Of a stretch of 64,000 nucleotides of DNA, positions 59,213-64,000 are shown in pieces. Below the pieces are notes generated by a model. That model had not been told where the DNA came from. It made no database searches and saw only the letters and a list, made by a program, of their open reading frames with translations. The first letter of the stretch is position 1. Each line of letters begins with the position of its first letter. The position numbers and the translations under genes were made by a program. This DNA comes from Chrysomallon squamiferum (Eukaryota; Animalia; Mollusca): positions 41,726,001-41,790,000 of the forward strand of contig CM022665.1 of the NCBI GenBank assembly GCA_012295275.1, written 5' to 3'.

Positions 59213-62200
59213 GAGAGAGAAAGAGACAACGTTTAATTTTATATCTTACTGAATAACATTTAAATTACTCAATATCTTTTTTCTTCAGTAACAATCTGTT
59301 TCTTTCTTTCCTTTCTTATTTTTTTTATTTATTTTTGCATATATTTATCTTTTAAATTTACATGATTTTTTCCACACTTTCTGTTTTCTTTTCAATCGAC
59401 TTAAAAGAAAAAAATTTAAAAAAAAAATTAAAAATTAAAAATCTATAATTTTGTACCAGGACTGTATTTTAACAAAGTTTAAATTAACTAACACACGTGT
59501 TTCTGTATTCGCCTTACTAGCAAGTGTTACATAAATCTCTCGTTTTATTGCGCACAGATCTACACACATGTGACATGCGCACTAGCACGTCCATCTCAGG
59601 TGAGACTAAATCAGCCGCTTGACTCATTTAAAAAAAATCAAATTAAAAAGTAAAAAAAAAAAAAAACTTACAAATAAACATGTATTGTAAATACATTACG
59701 GTAAATCTGCATTTATTTATTTATTTATTTATTTATTATTCGTTTGTTTGTTTATCTGGTTGTTTTCTAGTTTATTTTTATTTTTACTTGTTTTTTTTTT
59801 TTTTTTTTTTTTTTCTCTCTAGACAAATATTAATTATTAAATAAAAGAAAGAAAAAAAATTTATCTAAACAAGCAAACAGTAAGTAAACAAGCAAGTAAA
59901 CAAATAAACACACACACACAAACAAACAAACAAAAACAAAAACAAATAAATAAACAAATAAAAAGAAGCAAATAAATCCGGACCTTTCTTATTTAACGCC
60001 ATTTGCAAAAGAGTAAGAACGTTCAAACTTTATTTAGCACCCGTTTTCGTGTTTCTATCGCATTTCACTTGTTCCCTACGACAATCAAGGTTAGTGTGAG
60101 CCGTCGTTTTGTCACAAATACCATCATCTGCATGATCCCAACCACAAATCATTCACCCTCATCATCCATCTTTCATTCTATTTATACAACCGTCAAGTCC
60201 TTAATTTCAGAATTATTCAAACACCGCTGCCAGTGTCAAAATAAACGCTAAGTTACAACTGGACAACAAAAACAGCTCACGATAATGCTTCGTATTCGAG
60301 TGTTGATGTTGCTTGCTGTGTCCCATTCACCAGTACCACGCCCTCGACAACGTCAATCAGGCCACCCGCTTAACAGCGGCAACCGTGGCAGCTTTGTGTC
60401 CGATTACAAAAGATGTCTAAGCCTCATTTTAATTTCTTGTCCCCCTGGTGGTCAAACTAGCTTAGTACGGTTGTAAACAGATTAATTAAGAAAGCATTTG
60501 TACTCTCTGATTTGTAAACGTCAGCTGGAAATGGGTCGTAATTTTTTGATGATGACCTCGTTTTGAAAACGAGGCTGACATGTCCGGGAGTATCCGCCAT
60601 GTTTGTACAATGGGGTGAAGTGATTAAATGGAAATGACAGGTGTGTTCAAATATTTGCTTTGTTTATTGTTGTTATTTTCTTAAATCCTGGTGGTCCAAG
60701 AAAAACTGTGTAACAACAGATAATGATCCTTAGTCGTTGGTTTTTAAAATCAGAAACCAGCTCTATGGCATGCGTACATGTGTTTGATAAAAAAAATCGA
60801 AATTGTTTATCGTAAATGTTTAAAATACGAAAGGAAAAAACAACGAGAAATTAAAATTCTTATTTATTTACTTAAGAATGAAAAAAATCGAAAGAAAACA
60901 AAATGAAAGTTATCATATTTAAACATATTTATTATTATTACTGAATACTAAACAGATTTTAAAATTAAAGGTTTTAGTTAAATATTTGTTACTCTTTTTG
61001 ATTTGAGAAAGGCAATTTACAGACATCTTCCGACGGGGGAAAAATACTTCAGTTTATTTTTTTTTTACTTACACTGACGAAGGACTAATTTGAAGAAATA
61101 TTTTTGAAAAAAAAGAGATCATTAAGACATGACATCAGTAAAAAAAATCAAAAAAAAAAATCGTCCCTTTACCAAATAATTTCGGAGAATATTAACTATT
61201 TTCATAATATCGTCAGACTGTTTTAATACAGAAACTGCTGAGGGATTTTTCTTCAGCTCGGAAAGGTAGGAAAAAAAAAAAAAAAATAAAAGAAGAAACC
61301 ATTAAAACATGGACTCATCAAGGTCATTTCTTTATTTCATTTGACGATGAAACTCTGTCGGCAATGAAATCATAGACACGACAACTGTTTCTAAAATAAC
61401 CGTTTTTCGGTTTCTGGCATCCCATAATCTATTTTTATAACGCAGTATATTACAGGATTAAGGCGTCGCATTTCAAACGAAAACAAAACCTTCATTAGCG
61501 CGTTAAACGACAATGGATTTTCTGAAAGTATGGGAAGTCCCAGATCCCAGGTTACATGACAACTGTCGCAAAGAGCTCTCGTTCTTTCAATAAACAGTAA
61601 TTTTTTCAAGCCGTTGGTTCCCAAAGATGGGGTGGACGAGAGGCGTTCTTCCGCCCCTTGACAACACTCCAGTTCCTCCCTAACAGCGGGAGAGCTTTCT
61701 GGCAGAGTCAGCAGGAACGTCTCTCAGCCTCGGTTTGATCTGACTCCCGAAACGTCGAGGACCGTTCGAGTCTCTTCACCGGGCCAGTGTTTGGTTTCGA
61801 GATGCGGCCCGGATGGCAATTAATGAAGTTAAACACTGGGAAGGCAAGACAGAGAGAGAGAGAGAGAGAAAGAGATAGAGAGAGAGGGAGAGAGGGAGAA
61901 GAATATAATAATCATAATAATAATAATAAAAAGAGATTGATTTATCAGGTTTTATTCAAACTTGTTGAAAAGTAAAAGAAAACCCTCAGCAGATGTGAAC
62001 GGAGATTGTTTCTTCGTCTGCGGCTATTGTGAACAAAAAAAAGAAAAAAGAAAAAAAGAAAAGCAGACGGCAAAGAGCTGTTCTTGAAGACAGGACACTC
62101 TGAACTTGGGCAAACAAAAGACCTCGTCAAGTGATGTTTGTACACAGTCGGTGTGGTATAACTCGCGGCTCATGCGACCATTGACGACTTCCCGCACAAC

Positions 62201-63083
62201 AAAGACTCGCCTCCACGCTTCTCACAACACAACACAACACAACACAAACGCGGTCGATGTGTAAGACTTTCTTCCACCGATCCCGAAATTAACTTTTGCA
62301 AAGCTACAAGATGAGAACGTTTTGACAACAGTTGGGCATCCAGCGCCCGCTGAAAAGAAATCGCGACAGGAGATCTGTCCTACGAGCGGAGCCTCGCAGT
62401 CGAACAAGCGAATGTCACAACAAGCAAGCAGCAGACAATGGCGCGCGCGGTCGGAGCGTAGAGGAAAGAATGAATAAGGTCGCACAATACGCCCATGTTT
62501 TCCCCCGTCTGGTTTTCATTGTCGGTCTTAGCGTATTGTGGACCTGTGAAAACATTTATAAACACAACACCGAAAATGGACATTTTAAGCTCGAGTTAAA
62601 CAAGTTTCCATGCACGGCAATGATTGGGTTTAAGCACGGGACGGCTGTGTGTTCAGCTAGCAAAAGTTAGATGTCATAAATGTGTTAATCTCCTCGTTTA
62701 TTCATTTTCAGTAAAGAAACACAGAGATGTAGTGCATTAAGCATGACAGGACAACAACAATAACAACAACAACAACAACAGTAGTAGCAACAGCAACAAC
62801 AGCCGCCATAATAAAACAGTAAAGTGATTATAAGTATGCTACTACTACTACTATTATTACTGCTACTACTACTAATAATAATAATTATGATAATAACAAT
62901 AACAGTAACTAATAATAACAACAACAACGACAAAGGACAAGGACAACAACAACAACAATAACAATAACAATAACAGCAACAAAAATGACTTACTCCAGTG
63001 TGTTGCTATTTTAATTTTACATAGACATGTTTTCTATTTATAAAAACGAGCATATATAAACACATTTACAAGTATATATATAT

Positions 63084-63162
<79 letters not shown>

Positions 63163-63364
63163 CACACACAGACATACATACACACAGATATATATATATA
63201 TACACACACATGTAGACACATAGATACATACATACATAACTAAAACAGTCTACATTTGGAGACCGATACATAATGCGATGTGTATTTTGCACAATAAAAT
63301 CTACACAGTTTTAATGACTTGTTTGAGTGTCTCCATACTGAGATGATGTAAATCTGAAAGTAAA

Positions 63365-63660
63365 GAGTATTTTATTAATCCACAAAACAGCATTTTATTG
63401 ACGTCGGTCACATTGTTAAGCAACACTCAGAGAGGAAATTCGTTGTAATAATTTCAAGTGCTATTCTTTCTGATTAGCAGCAAATGATCTTTTACATGTA
63501 CCTTCTCATAGGCAGGACAGTACATATCACGACATTGTTATACCTGTTGTTGGCAATGACTGGAAAAAAAAAAAAAAAAAGATTCAGTTGTCACCCAAGA
63601 TGGATCGATCCGTTAACCCATCGCACACTGAGCGGACGTTTTACCACTGAGCTATGTTGA
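63365..63660 (-). mobile_element. Near full-length decayed tRNA-derived SINE
   Basis: Minus-strand Pol III A-box TAGCTCAGTGG (63644-63654) and B-box-like GGATCGATCC (63602-63611), followed by a body homologous to 45300-45540. An A-run interrupts it at 63564-63580. Confidence 0.75.
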
Positions 63661-64000
63661 GCAACTGAAAGTCAACGCATCTCTCTTTGTACACAGATCA
63701 TACGTTTAAACAAACCCGCTTCTCCTCATACACGAAACTTGAACAAGCGTGGATTGTATTATTCTGATTGAAAAATACCAGCTAAATAATAAAAAAAAAA
63801 AAAAAAAAAAAAAATTGTTGTATTTTCTGTTTTTCATTTCTGCGTGACTGACCAAATGGAAGCCATATGGACACAAACGTTCCCGGATCGGAAGTAAATC
63901 GTAATTCGAAACTTTGGGATGGAGTTTCAAATTGGTACATTACTTTACATACGTTTAGCAGATTAGAGTTAAGATTTCCAATTATATGCGTAAGTTTCTT

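Overview
AT-rich, microsatellite-dense animal genomic DNA. It is probably lophotrochozoan, with a gastropod mollusc the best guess from the FoxG sequence and SINE types. Two protein-coding genes are supportable. One is an intronless FoxG (BF-1/sloppy-paired class) forkhead transcription factor at 26657-27952 (+), with two eh1/Groucho motifs and a GC-box/CCAAT promoter. The other is an uncharacterised 403-aa gene at 8081-9292 (+) with an N-terminal coiled coil and four RPxT[A/V] motifs; its whole CDS appears to sit in a terminal exon. About 36 kb downstream of FoxG shows no recognisable coding exon but carries many CpG-rich, motif-dense islands between simple repeats, as expected for a developmental-gene regulatory landscape. 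Repeats include three decayed copies of a tRNA-derived SINE, a tRNA-Val-like relic next to a 33-bp array, foldback/MITE-like elements built from AAAATGGCAC units, and 24-, 36- and 68-bp minisatellites. Nearly all other ORFs in the track are translated microsatellites. I found no clearly novel multi-gene system. The best leads are the RPxTA protein, a candidate X-box promoter divergent from FoxG, and the CRE/E-box-rich islands.
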